Source: an uncultured Eubacteriales bacterium (GTDB lineage: Bacteria; Bacillota; Clostridia; Christensenellales; CAG-138). From it: a stretch of 51,544 bases of DNA. Of this stretch, positions 18,871-27,812 are shown piece after piece. The DNA lies in contig URFJ01000002.1 of NCBI GenBank assembly GCA_900547135.1, positions 1 through 51,544 of the forward strand, written 5' to 3'. A model generated the notes under the pieces. It had not been told where the DNA came from, did no database searches, and saw only the letters and a list, made by a program, of their open reading frames with translations. A program made the position numbers and the translations under genes. Numbering within the stretch: position 1 is the stretch's first letter; every line of letters starts with the position of its first letter.

Positions 18871-18942
18871 GGGCCGTTAGCTCAGGTAGTAGAGTACTTG
18901 TCTCTTATCAAAGGGTTCGGAGTTCGAGTCTCCGATGGGTCA
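18871..18942 (+). pseudogene. Degenerate tRNA-Lys(TTT)-like sequence (probable tRNA pseudogene)
   Basis: About 84 percent identical to tRNA-Lys at 14916-14991. It has a 1-nt deletion in the anticodon loop, a broken anticodon stem (CTTGT/CAAAG region), a G-G mismatch in the acceptor stem, and no CCA. Confidence 0.6.
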
Positions 18943-18965
18943 ATAGTGTGTACTCTATTGGATTT

Positions 18966-19050
18966 GCGGGCGTGGCGGAATTGGCAGACGCGCCGGATTT
19001 AGGTTCCGGTGCCGCAGGGCATATGAGTTCGAGTCTCTTCGCCCGCACCA
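18966..19050 (+). tRNA. tRNA-Leu (anticodon TAG)
   Basis: Acceptor GCGGGCG/CGCCCGC, anticodon stem CCGGA/TCCGG, loop TTTAGGT, long variable arm, CCA. Confidence 0.9.
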
Positions 19051-19065
19051 AAACATTAGTATTTT

Positions 19066-19141
19066 GCGGGAGTAGCTCATTTGGTAGAGCGCCGCCTTGC
19101 CAAGGCGGAGGTGGCGGGTTCGAGCCCCGTCTCCCGCTCCA
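19066..19141 (+). tRNA. tRNA-Gly (anticodon GCC)
   Basis: Acceptor GCGGGAG/CTCCCGC, anticodon stem CCGCC/GGCGG, loop TTGCCAA, CCA. Confidence 0.9.
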
Positions 19142-19154
19142 CAACAGGATATTT

Positions 19155-19228
19155 GCGGGTGTAGTGTAATGGTAACACATTAGCCTTCCAAGCTGAATTA
19201 GTGGGTTCGAGTCCCATCACCCGCTCCA
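19155..19228 (+). tRNA. tRNA-Gly (anticodon TCC)
   Basis: Acceptor GCGGGTG/CACCCGC, anticodon stem TTAGC/GCTGA, loop CTTCCAA, CCA. Confidence 0.88.
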
Positions 19229-19274
19229 TTACCTCTTAGTTCATGCGGACTGGCAGTCTGTGAGAAATTAGCAT

Positions 19275-19351
19275 GCCTCCTTAGCTCAGTTGGCTAGAGC
19301 ACCTGACTCTTAATCAGGGTGTCCAGGGTTCGAGTCCCTGAGGGGGTACCA
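19275..19351 (+). tRNA. tRNA-Lys (anticodon CTT)
   Basis: Acceptor GCCTCCT/AGGGGGT (two G-U pairs), anticodon stem CCTGA/TCAGG, loop CTCTTAA, CCA. Confidence 0.85.
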
Positions 19352-19352
19352 C

Positions 19353-19388
19353 GTTGGAGCAAAGTCCGCTTTGCTCCAACACTTTTTT
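19353..19388 (+). terminator. Intrinsic terminator of tRNA cluster 2
   Basis: 12-bp perfect stem GTTGGAGCAAAG/CTTTGCTCCAAC with loop TCCG, followed by ACTTTTTT. Confidence 0.75.
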
Positions 19389-19777
19389 ATGCCTACGGCA
19401 ACAAAAGCGTCACCCTCGCTTCCTTGCTCCTCCTTTCCGATAAAAGTCACGTTTGCTTCGCCTATGCCCAAACGCGGACATTACGCCTCCGCTTCGCCGC
19501 CAACTTTTTTCGGTGTGCAGCTTTGCTGCTTCTGAAACACAAAATTTTAATTATTTTTTTGGTGACTTAGCCCAGCATAAATCAAAAGTCGAATAATCCA
19601 TGTATAACAAGATTGTGACTGACCTTTGACATACAATAAATAATAACAGTGTAATAGATTGCATAATTGATTATTCCTGGTCTTTTATAATCAAGAATTC
19701 TACAGGATTTCATGCTCGGTTATATTACTAATAATTTAAACCGTATAATTAAACGCAGTTTGAATAAAACCATTAAA

Positions 19778-19807
19778 TAAAAACGAGCGGCCATGGGCCG
19801 GCCGCTC
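19778..19807 (-). terminator. Orphan minus-strand intrinsic terminator in the tRNA-hut spacer
   Basis: Minus strand reads GAGCGGCC-GGCCCAT-GGCCGCTC followed by GTTTTTATTTA. It lies 30 nt downstream of the stop of the doubtful 64-aa ORF 19837..20031. Confidence 0.5.
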
Positions 19808-20433
19808 CAACATGACAGTCTTATGCCATGTCTATTTCAGCGAATCTGCTGATGTGCTGATTCTAAAAAGCTTTGCATACATATGCGATATGTGTTACCG
19901 CTAGATTTCTTTCTGTATAGAGGGCAAGAGCAATGTATTTTCCCCTTTGCCAGCCTGTTTCCCTCCCAAACGTCTGAGTATACCCAGCTTTCTATTAATC
20001 GCACGACTTCGTTGCCATTGATGATAGGCACGGCCCCTTAACATAAAGTATCACTCCCCGATAATTCGGGTAGCCTGCAGAAAGCATCGATAATCCGTTC
20101 TGTGGGCAGCCTATTTTGACGAGACGGTCATCTTGATGTTTAAGCATACTTAAAGAACTACAAACACATTGAATTTACTTGATAGAGTTTAACATAGAAG
20201 CTTAAATAAGGTATATTGGGTCGAATAATGGGAGTTAAGCGCCATTTTTAGCTAAAATTATTTACCAATACCAACAGTTGTATTTCTATAGCCTTGCAAC
20301 AAATAAGCTGACGCAAAACTAACGCCATACAAAGCACATTTCTATCATATAGAAGGTCTTGCCGCGAAACATTGCCGTAATCAAGCGGACGGACAGCAAA
20401 ATTGCCCGTCCGCAAAAAAACTTTCGTTGTATT

Positions 20434-21075
20434 TTACGTTATTTGGCGTTCAACTTCTTTAAACACCTGTTCGGCAATACTTATACAGCTATCAAACGCG
20501 GCCTTTCCTCTAATACGCAGATCCTCCGCAAAGTTCTTGTCGCTAAGTCCGCCGATGTTTATCAATACGTTAAGCCAGGCTCCCTTTGCGGCTGATTCGA
20601 GGTTAGCGGCGCCCGAGCCAAGGTCGCTATAGCAATTAGGATTGATCCTGCCAACCCCTTCCTTCAATATATGCAGCGCATTTTCGCAGTTGAGCAGCAG
20701 CTCAAATGGCACCATGGCCGCGCTTTTAAGCGCTTCCTGCATCGCCGCCTTTCGGGCCGCCTTTTCATCATCATTGGATTTGGGCATTTTAAATACAGCT
20801 GTTACTCCGTTAAAGGCAACGGTATCACGATCTATTCCATCAGTCATTTCCTTTAACAGTGGCATTGAATCGGAAATAATTTTATTCATGACCCCATCGT
20901 GCTCTGCGTACTTTGGCTTTCCAACCGTGAGGCCGGCTGCCATTGTAGCTAATCCTATTCCCATAGCCCCCGCAACAGCGGAAGCGGAGCCGCCGCCGGG
21001 GGCGGGGGCGCTGGAGGCAAGCAATTCTAGAAACTCGCGTAATCCCATGTCCGCAAGTCGGGTATTGACTTCCAT
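20434..21075 (-). CDS. Formimidoyltetrahydrofolate cyclodeaminase / methenyl-THF cyclohydrolase family protein
   Basis: 213 aa. N-terminal block LLASSAPAPGGGSASAVAGAMG is typical of the cyclodeaminase/cyclohydrolase family. It is the last gene of the hut operon. Confidence 0.8.
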   Translation of the reverse strand: MEVNTRLADMGLREFLELLASSAPAPGGGSASAVAGAMGIGLATMAAGLTVGKPKYAEHDGVMNKIISDSMPLLKEMTDGIDRDTVAFNGVTAVFKMPKSNDDEKAARKAAMQEALKSAAMVPFELLLNCENALHILKEGVGRINPNCYSDLGSGAANLESAAKGAWLNVLINIGGLSDKNFAEDLRIRGKAAFDSCISIAEQVFKEVERQIT

Positions 21076-22335
21076 CTATAAAACTCTCCCTTCTGATACT
21101 ATTATTTTTCCTTTTTTGATAACGTTTCTTACCTGGTTTGAACCGTAGCGGTAGAATATCATGTCAAGATTTGGCGCGTTCCATATCAGAATATCCGCCT
21201 GTTTGCCGCATTCAAGCGTCCCCACTATATGAGAACGCCCGATTGACACCGCAGCGTTAAGCGTTACCGCAGTAAGGACTTCCTCGGGCGTCAGCAAATA
21301 CTTATAACACGCTATATTCATTGCAAGCTGCAACGATAGGTTGGGTGTAGAGCCAGGGTTAAAGTCGCTCGCGATGGCAACGGGTATCCCCTTTTCAATC
21401 ATCTTCCGTGCAGGAGCATAATCCTTTCCGAGATAGAACGAGGTAGCGGGAAGCAATACGGCAACTGCTCCGCTATGCGCAAGCATATCCATTCCGTTTT
21501 CGGTTATGGCTATTAAATGCTCCGCGCTGACCGCGCCTAGCTCGGCTGCAACTTCAGAGCCGCCGATAGCATCTATCTCGTCGGCGTGTATTTTAGCGCC
21601 CAAACCAAGCTTTTGGGCTGCCGATAGTATACGTTCGGCTTCAAGGGCGCTAAAGACGGAGGTTTCGCAGAACACGTCGCAGTATTCGGCTAGGCCGCGC
21701 TCCGCAATATAGGGGAGCATTGCGTCTATAATAAGACTGATATAGGCCTCCTTGTCATCCATATACTCGCTGGGTACCGCGTGCGCTCCCATAAACGTAG
21801 ATACCAGTTCGACGGGCTGTTCTCCTTTAAGCCGCTTAACAACATTAAGCTGCTTAATCTCATCATCCGGCGTCAGGCCATAACCGCTTTTTGCTTCGCA
21901 CGTCGTGGTGCCCAGCGTTAGCATTTCATATAATGCGGCTTTTGCTTTAGCGGTTAGCTCCTCCTGTGTTGCCTCCCTAGTCGATGCTACGGTGGATAGT
22001 ATTCCGCCACCGCGTTTTAGAATGTCGAGATAGCTTATCCCCCGAAGCTTATCCGCAAGCTCGTGCTCGCGCCAGCCGCCAAACACAAGGTGCGTATGCG
22101 CGTCTATAAGCCCAGGCGTAACAAGCGCGCCGCATGCGTCCAGTATCTCAGCACCGGATTTAACGAAGCGCGGCGGCGCCTCTCCAGAACCGATCTCCAG
22201 GACCTCCTGACCGGCTATTACAATGTAGGCATTCCTGATTAACTCGATCGCTCCCTGTAATTTGCCGGATTTCGGCACATTGCCACTGGGGGTGGCAAGC
22301 ATGCCTATATTTTTAATTATTAATGTGGGTTTCAT
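21076..22335 (-). CDS. hutI: Imidazolonepropionase
   Basis: 419 aa. Amidohydrolase metal site GLIDAHTHLVFGG, and blocks KIHADE and SDFNPGS. The stop abuts the next start. Confidence 0.9.
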   Translation of the reverse strand: MKPTLIIKNIGMLATPSGNVPKSGKLQGAIELIRNAYIVIAGQEVLEIGSGEAPPRFVKSGAEILDACGALVTPGLIDAHTHLVFGGWREHELADKLRGISYLDILKRGGGILSTVASTREATQEELTAKAKAALYEMLTLGTTTCEAKSGYGLTPDDEIKQLNVVKRLKGEQPVELVSTFMGAHAVPSEYMDDKEAYISLIIDAMLPYIAERGLAEYCDVFCETSVFSALEAERILSAAQKLGLGAKIHADEIDAIGGSEVAAELGAVSAEHLIAITENGMDMLAHSGAVAVLLPATSFYLGKDYAPARKMIEKGIPVAIASDFNPGSTPNLSLQLAMNIACYKYLLTPEEVLTAVTLNAAVSIGRSHIVGTLECGKQADILIWNAPNLDMIFYRYGSNQVRNVIKKGKIIVSEGRVL

Positions 22336-22344
22336 ATGCTTCCT

Positions 22345-23235
22345 TTACATAAGTCGGTTTTCAAGCACCTGCGCCTTTGTGAAGCCCTCAAGCTTGAGAT
22401 AGTATTCCGCCGCGTCGATCAGCGCCGCCATGGGGGTAAGCCCCACTATTTCGCTGCCGATTATACGCGCGCCATAGCGTTGGGCCTCAATGCGAACAAG
22501 CTCAAATACACGGTACAAAGGCGTTTTATCGCAGTTGCACATGTTTATTGATACCTGGGCGATATTCCTGTCCTCAAGCATAACGCCGAGGGCCTTTACA
22601 TGCTTCAAACCGCCGCCTGACTCTCTAATGATCTTTGCAATATTATTTGCTATTGAAATATCGGACGTATCAAGGTTTATATTATAGGCGACAAGGGGCG
22701 CTCTGGCTCCCACGGCGACCACGCCTGCGGTTGGGTGTACGGTATGTCCAAAATCGGGACGCCACTTTTCCTCCGTGACCTTTTTAGCCATTCCCTCAAA
22801 CTGCCCTTTGCGGATTGACGCCAGGTTTTTCCGGTGCGACGCCGTAGCGGATTCTTCATATAGAAATACGGGTATGTCCAGCTCCCTATAAATCCGCTCG
22901 CCTACAGCCTTTGAAAGCTCGACGCACTCCTCTACGGTAACCTCCTTTATCGGAACGAATGGGATAACGTCTATTGCGCCCATCCGCGGATGTTCACCTG
23001 TGTGCTGTGTAAGGTCGATCACATCGCGTGCCGCGCGGGCCAGGCAAAACGCCGCTTCAGCAACGCCAGCGGGGTCGCCGACAAAGGTGATTACGCTCCT
23101 GTTATGGCTTGCGTCAGAGGAGTAATCAAGGAGGGTCACGTTTGGTATCCCTCTTACAACCGCGACAAGGTTCTCCACCACTTCAGGTCTTCTACCCTCG
23201 CTTACATTTGGTATGCATTCGATTAGCTTAGCCAT
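22345..23235 (-). CDS. ftcD: Glutamate formimidoyltransferase
   Basis: Hallmark N-terminus MAKLIECIPNVSEGR. GGAGG Shine-Dalgarno 8 nt upstream of ATG 23235; the track start 23250 lies upstream of that Shine-Dalgarno. Confidence 0.88.
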   Translation of the reverse strand: MAKLIECIPNVSEGRRPEVVENLVAVVRGIPNVTLLDYSSDASHNRSVITFVGDPAGVAEAAFCLARAARDVIDLTQHTGEHPRMGAIDVIPFVPIKEVTVEECVELSKAVGERIYRELDIPVFLYEESATASHRKNLASIRKGQFEGMAKKVTEEKWRPDFGHTVHPTAGVVAVGARAPLVAYNINLDTSDISIANNIAKIIRESGGGLKHVKALGVMLEDRNIAQVSINMCNCDKTPLYRVFELVRIEAQRYGARIIGSEIVGLTPMAALIDAAEYYLKLEGFTKAQVLENRLM

Positions 23236-23292
23236 TATTATATCCTCCAAAAATATTGTTTAACTTAACATTTAGCAGTATCAAAGACGAAC

Positions 23293-25299
23293 TCAATATT
23301 TTGCAACCGTACTCTTAATTATACCATCGCTTACTATGTTTGGAAGCGTAATGTGATCAGTTGTCGAGTTAACCAAGTTATACTCTTCAACGGTTGACAT
23401 GGAATTTTCATTACGCGCCCACGCCCGCCTTGCCACGCCGCACATGGTGTCCCAGGGCATTGCCATGGAAAGGATGGCGTCAACGCGCTCGCTTCCGTCT
23501 AGCACCATGCCAAAGCCGCCGTTTATTGACTTGCCTATTCCAACGCCTCCGCCGTTATGCAGGGCTATAAGGCTCATTCCCCTTGCCGCGTTTCCGGCAA
23601 AACACTGCGTGGCCATATCAGCCATTATATTGGATCCATCCTTTATATTTGACGTCTCGCGGAATGGCGAATCCGTTCCGCCTGTATCGTGATGGTCGCG
23701 CCCTAGCATAATCGGCCCTACGGCCCCGTTTCTGACCATTTCGTTGAATTTAAGCGCAATCTTGGTGCGACCCATGGCATCCTGATAAAGTATCCTAGCC
23801 TTTGTGCCGACTACCATCTTATTTTTTTTAGCGTCACGTACCCAAACATAGTTATCATAATCCTGATAGCGCCTGTTGGGGTCTATACATTCCATTGCGG
23901 CGCGGTCCGTAGCGTCAAGGTCCGCCTGTTTGCCGCTTAAGCATACCCAGCGGAACGGTCCGTAGCCGTAGTCAAATAGCTGCGGACCAAGTATATCTTC
24001 AACGTAGGATGGGAAGATAAAGCCGTCCTTCTCGTCAACGCCGTTTTTGCATATCTCCTTAACCCCCGCGTCATACACAGCCTTTAAGAAGCTGTTCCCG
24101 TAATCAAAGAAATAGGTGCCGCGCTCATTAAGCCGCCTGATTAATTCATAATGTCGAACAAGCGATTTATTGACGAGCGCCTCAAACGTTTTCTTATCTT
24201 CATACAGCATCCGGGTACGCTCTTCAAAAGTAATTCCCTGGGGACAATAGCCCCCGTCGTATACCGCGTGACAGGAGGTCTGATCTGAAAGAAGGTCAAC
24301 ATGAACGCCATTATTTACAATATTCTCCAATAGGTCTACTACGTTTCCAAGGTACGCTATTGCGCACGGACGCCTGGCCGACAGCTCCTCTTTCGCCCAC
24401 TCTATACACTGTTCAAGGCTGTCTGAATATTTGTCCACCCATCCCTGCTCGTAGCGGGTCATTATCCGCGATACATCGACCTCGGCTATTATGGACACCG
24501 CACCAGCGATGTTGGCGGCCTTCCCCTGCGCGCCGCTCATCCCGCCCAGGCCCGCTGATACGAACAGTTTGCCCGAAAGATCTTCATTCTTTGGTATGTT
24601 TAGCTTCAGTCGGCCTGCGTTAAGCAGCGTGTTGAATGTACCGTGAACAATTCCCTGCGGGCCTATGTACATCCACCCACCCGCGGTCATCTGGCCATAA
24701 TTGGCCACACCCAGCGCCGCCGCGCGGTTGAAGTTTGCCTGATCGTCAAACAAGCCTATCATCAGCCCGTTCGTAATTATCACGCGCGGAGCCAGGCTGT
24801 GCGAGCGGAACAATCCCAGCGGGTGCCCCGATTCTATGACGAGCGTCTGCTCGTTGGTAAGCCTTTTCAGATATTCCTTTATAAGCCTGTATTGCATCCA
24901 GTTCTGGCACACCTGGCCGGTTTCGCCATAGGTTACAAGCTCATAGGGATATAACGCTACGTCAAAATCCAGATTGTTGTCGATCATCACCTGAAACGCG
25001 CGGCCTTCAATGCAATTGCCTTCATATTCATCTATCGGGCGGCCGTAGAGCCCTCCCTCCGGCCTGAACCTATAGCCGTAGATTCGTCCCTGCTCACGCA
25101 GCTCACGCAGGAATTCGGGGGCAACCGCCTCATGATGCTCCTCTGGTATATACCTCAGCGCATTTCTAAGCGCAAGCTCTATATCCTGTTGAGTAAGGTG
25201 CGATTCGCGCCTTGGGGCACGCCGTATACCCTCCTGAAATTTTGGGTAAGGCGGAAGCGGTCCCGAGAACAGGCTGTGTATGATGTTGGTGTCGTTCAT
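23293..25299 (-). CDS. hutU: Urocanate hydratase (long form)
   Basis: 668 aa. Conserved blocks GLGGMSGAQ, LSDQTS, and HDTGGTDSPFRETSN. Confidence 0.92.
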   Translation of the reverse strand: MNDTNIIHSLFSGPLPPYPKFQEGIRRAPRRESHLTQQDIELALRNALRYIPEEHHEAVAPEFLRELREQGRIYGYRFRPEGGLYGRPIDEYEGNCIEGRAFQVMIDNNLDFDVALYPYELVTYGETGQVCQNWMQYRLIKEYLKRLTNEQTLVIESGHPLGLFRSHSLAPRVIITNGLMIGLFDDQANFNRAAALGVANYGQMTAGGWMYIGPQGIVHGTFNTLLNAGRLKLNIPKNEDLSGKLFVSAGLGGMSGAQGKAANIAGAVSIIAEVDVSRIMTRYEQGWVDKYSDSLEQCIEWAKEELSARRPCAIAYLGNVVDLLENIVNNGVHVDLLSDQTSCHAVYDGGYCPQGITFEERTRMLYEDKKTFEALVNKSLVRHYELIRRLNERGTYFFDYGNSFLKAVYDAGVKEICKNGVDEKDGFIFPSYVEDILGPQLFDYGYGPFRWVCLSGKQADLDATDRAAMECIDPNRRYQDYDNYVWVRDAKKNKMVVGTKARILYQDAMGRTKIALKFNEMVRNGAVGPIMLGRDHHDTGGTDSPFRETSNIKDGSNIMADMATQCFAGNAARGMSLIALHNGGGVGIGKSINGGFGMVLDGSERVDAILSMAMPWDTMCGVARRAWARNENSMSTVEEYNLVNSTTDHITLPNIVSDGIIKSTVAKY

Positions 25300-25341
25300 T
25301 TTTGCCTCCTGTCTGGTTTATATCACGATCATATTTTAAAA

Positions 25342-26904
25342 TCATCTGAAATCAGGAATCATATCAAAGACGATCCTTTCGATTTCTCCGCTTCTTATTA
25401 TATCATTCATGTTCGATATATCAGGGCGGATTTCCCGATCCTCGCCGTAAAACTCAACCCTTCCGCGTACAAGGCTGAATATGCTCTTATGTACTGGCGA
25501 CGGTTCTCCCGTGCGCAGTTCAATGCCCTGTACCGCGGCCATTAGCTCAAAGGCCAAAACAGAATAGGCGTTATCAATCACCTGCGCGCACTTTCTCGCA
25601 GAGGTGGTGCCCATGCTTACGTGATCCTCCTGGTTTGCCGAGCTTGGGATAGAGTCGACGCTTGCGGGATGGGAAAGCACCTTGTTTTCCGATACCAGCG
25701 ATGCGGCGCTGTACTGGCATATCATGTATCCCGAATTCAATCCTCCGTTTGGCGTAAGGAACGCGGGCAGTCCATTGCTCAGGGCCGGATTTACCAGCCT
25801 TTCAAGCCTGCGTTCGGATATATTGGCCAGCTCTGAAACCGCCGCGCACAGATAATCCATAACCAGGGCCACAGGCTCGCCGTGGAAGTTTCCGCCCGAA
25901 ATTACGCTTTCATCATCCAGGAACAACAGCGGGTTGTCGGTAGCCGAGTTCATTTCGGTTTCCAGCACCTTCCACACGTGTGAAATAGCGTCGCGTATAG
26001 CGCCATGTACCTGGGGGATACAACGTATCGCATATGCGTCCTGAACGCGCAGATTTTGAGACGCTTCAAGAATAGGGCTGTCTTTGGTTAGCAGCAGTAT
26101 GTTGTTAGCTACAAGCGACTGGCCATGATGGGGCCGCACGGCATGAACTCGCGGGTCAAACGCGTTTTTGAGGGCGGTTAGCGCTTCCATGCTCATTGAT
26201 GCCGTGATATCGGCAAGTTGCGCTGCCCTCAGTGCATCATAGCATGCCAAAGAACCTATCGCCGTCATGCATTGGGTCCCGTTTATAAGCGCTAGGCCCT
26301 CCTTTGCCTGAAGGCTGAAGGTTTCTATTCCAGCTTCCGCCATGGCCTCGGCGCCTGGCATACGCCTCCCATTATATATTGCCTCACCCTTTCCAATCAG
26401 CGGAAGCGTCATATGCGCCAGGGGCGCTAGATCGCCGCTGGCGCCAAGAGAGCCCTTTTCTGGAATTATCGGATGTACTCCCTTATTCAGCATCTCCGTG
26501 AGCGCCTGAACGATTTCGGGTCTGATGCCCGAATGCCCTTTTAACAAAGCGTTTGCCCTTAGGAGAATCATTGCCCTGACCGTTGGCTCGCTTAGCGGAT
26601 CCCCCACAGCAACACAGTGGCTGAGGATCAGGTTTTCCTGAAGCCTGCCGCTGTTTTCAGCGCCAATGCTTACCTTGCTGAATTCGCCAAAGCCTGTGCT
26701 TATACCGTATGCAACGCGGTTTTCCTCAATTATGCGTTCAACCAAAGCCCTGGAAGAACGCACCGCCTCCAAGGCGGATGTATCGATAGCGACCTTTGCT
26801 CCGTGCCTGGCAACGTCAACTACCTGTTCAATCGTAAGTGAATGGCCGTCAATGGCCACTTCATGTGCTTGATGATGATTGCTTTGCAAAATACTAACCT
26901 CCAT
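25342..26904 (-). CDS. hutH: Histidine ammonia-lyase
   Basis: 520 aa. MIO-forming motif GSLGASGDLAPLAH. It is the first gene of the operon. Confidence 0.93.
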   Translation of the reverse strand: MEVSILQSNHHQAHEVAIDGHSLTIEQVVDVARHGAKVAIDTSALEAVRSSRALVERIIEENRVAYGISTGFGEFSKVSIGAENSGRLQENLILSHCVAVGDPLSEPTVRAMILLRANALLKGHSGIRPEIVQALTEMLNKGVHPIIPEKGSLGASGDLAPLAHMTLPLIGKGEAIYNGRRMPGAEAMAEAGIETFSLQAKEGLALINGTQCMTAIGSLACYDALRAAQLADITASMSMEALTALKNAFDPRVHAVRPHHGQSLVANNILLLTKDSPILEASQNLRVQDAYAIRCIPQVHGAIRDAISHVWKVLETEMNSATDNPLLFLDDESVISGGNFHGEPVALVMDYLCAAVSELANISERRLERLVNPALSNGLPAFLTPNGGLNSGYMICQYSAASLVSENKVLSHPASVDSIPSSANQEDHVSMGTTSARKCAQVIDNAYSVLAFELMAAVQGIELRTGEPSPVHKSIFSLVRGRVEFYGEDREIRPDISNMNDIIRSGEIERIVFDMIPDFR

Positions 26905-27143
26905 CTGATCTTAGTTTATATGCCCTTAAATAACAAATCTTTAAGTTATCGTAGCATTGTGGTCAAACGCTGTCAATGCGATATGCGTTTAAAAGTGATC
27001 GGCGTTTGATTAAATTGTTATTCTAAGTATTGCCGCGGGTCTTTCTGTTAGATGTGCTGAGGATGGTGTATAATGAATGTAAATATTATTGCTTTTAAGT
27101 TATTATGTTTTTAATATAGACGAGCTAATAGTTGGAGGTACTT

Positions 27144-27812
27144 ATGAGAATTCTTCTATGCGAGGACGACGCGGGAATAATCAAAAAGCTCAAGCTTACG
27201 CTTGCTCAGGAGGGCTATGACGTTATAGCGGTAAACAGACAGCGGGACGCTCTGGAGGCCGCCGAAAATGAATCCTATGACCTGGCGCTTTTAGACCTTA
27301 CATTCCCCGATGGAAGCGGATATCCCATATGCTCCGCCATAAAGAGGAGAGGGGATATTCCAGTGATCTTTCTAACAGCTGCTGATGATGAAATCAATGT
27401 CGTTACCGGCTTTGACGTTGGTGCGGACGATTATATTACTAAGCCCTTCAGGCCGCTTGAACTTGTATCGCGTATAAAAAATGCGCTGAGGCGTTACGGT
27501 AAATCCCAATCAGTATTTAACATAGGCTCTTTAAGGGTTGATACAATCAGCGGGGCGGTAACCCGCGATGGAGAAGAGATTATACTGTCTGCGCTTGAAT
27601 ACAGGCTACTGCTTATGTTTATAAACAACCGCGGGGCGGTGCTTACCAGGGAACAGCTCATGGGAAAGATATGGGATATGGCAGGCAACTATGCCAATGA
27701 CAATGCGCTTACCGTGTGCATAAAGCGTCTGCGCGACAAGATCGAGGACGATCCGCAGGACCCTAAAATAATACAGACTGTGCGTGGCCTAGGATACAGG
27801 ATGTTAAAATGA
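27144..27812 (+). CDS. OmpR-family response regulator
   Basis: GGAGG Shine-Dalgarno then ATG 27144 (MRILLCEDD). Receiver Asp in LALLDLTFPDG. Winged-helix C-terminus (LSALEYRLLLMF...VRGLGYRM). Confidence 0.9.
   Translation: MRILLCEDDAGIIKKLKLTLAQEGYDVIAVNRQRDALEAAENESYDLALLDLTFPDGSGYPICSAIKRRGDIPVIFLTAADDEINVVTGFDVGADDYITKPFRPLELVSRIKNALRRYGKSQSVFNIGSLRVDTISGAVTRDGEEIILSALEYRLLLMFINNRGAVLTREQLMGKIWDMAGNYANDNALTVCIKRLRDKIEDDPQDPKIIQTVRGLGYRMLK

Noticed and set aside
27046-27074. A sigma-A promoter for the response-regulator gene (GGTGTATAAT at 27065-27074).
   Set aside because: The -10 hexamer TATAAT is good, but the TG is adjacent rather than in the extended -10 register, and the best -35 (TGTTAG) is poor. 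That is too weak to list as a feature.
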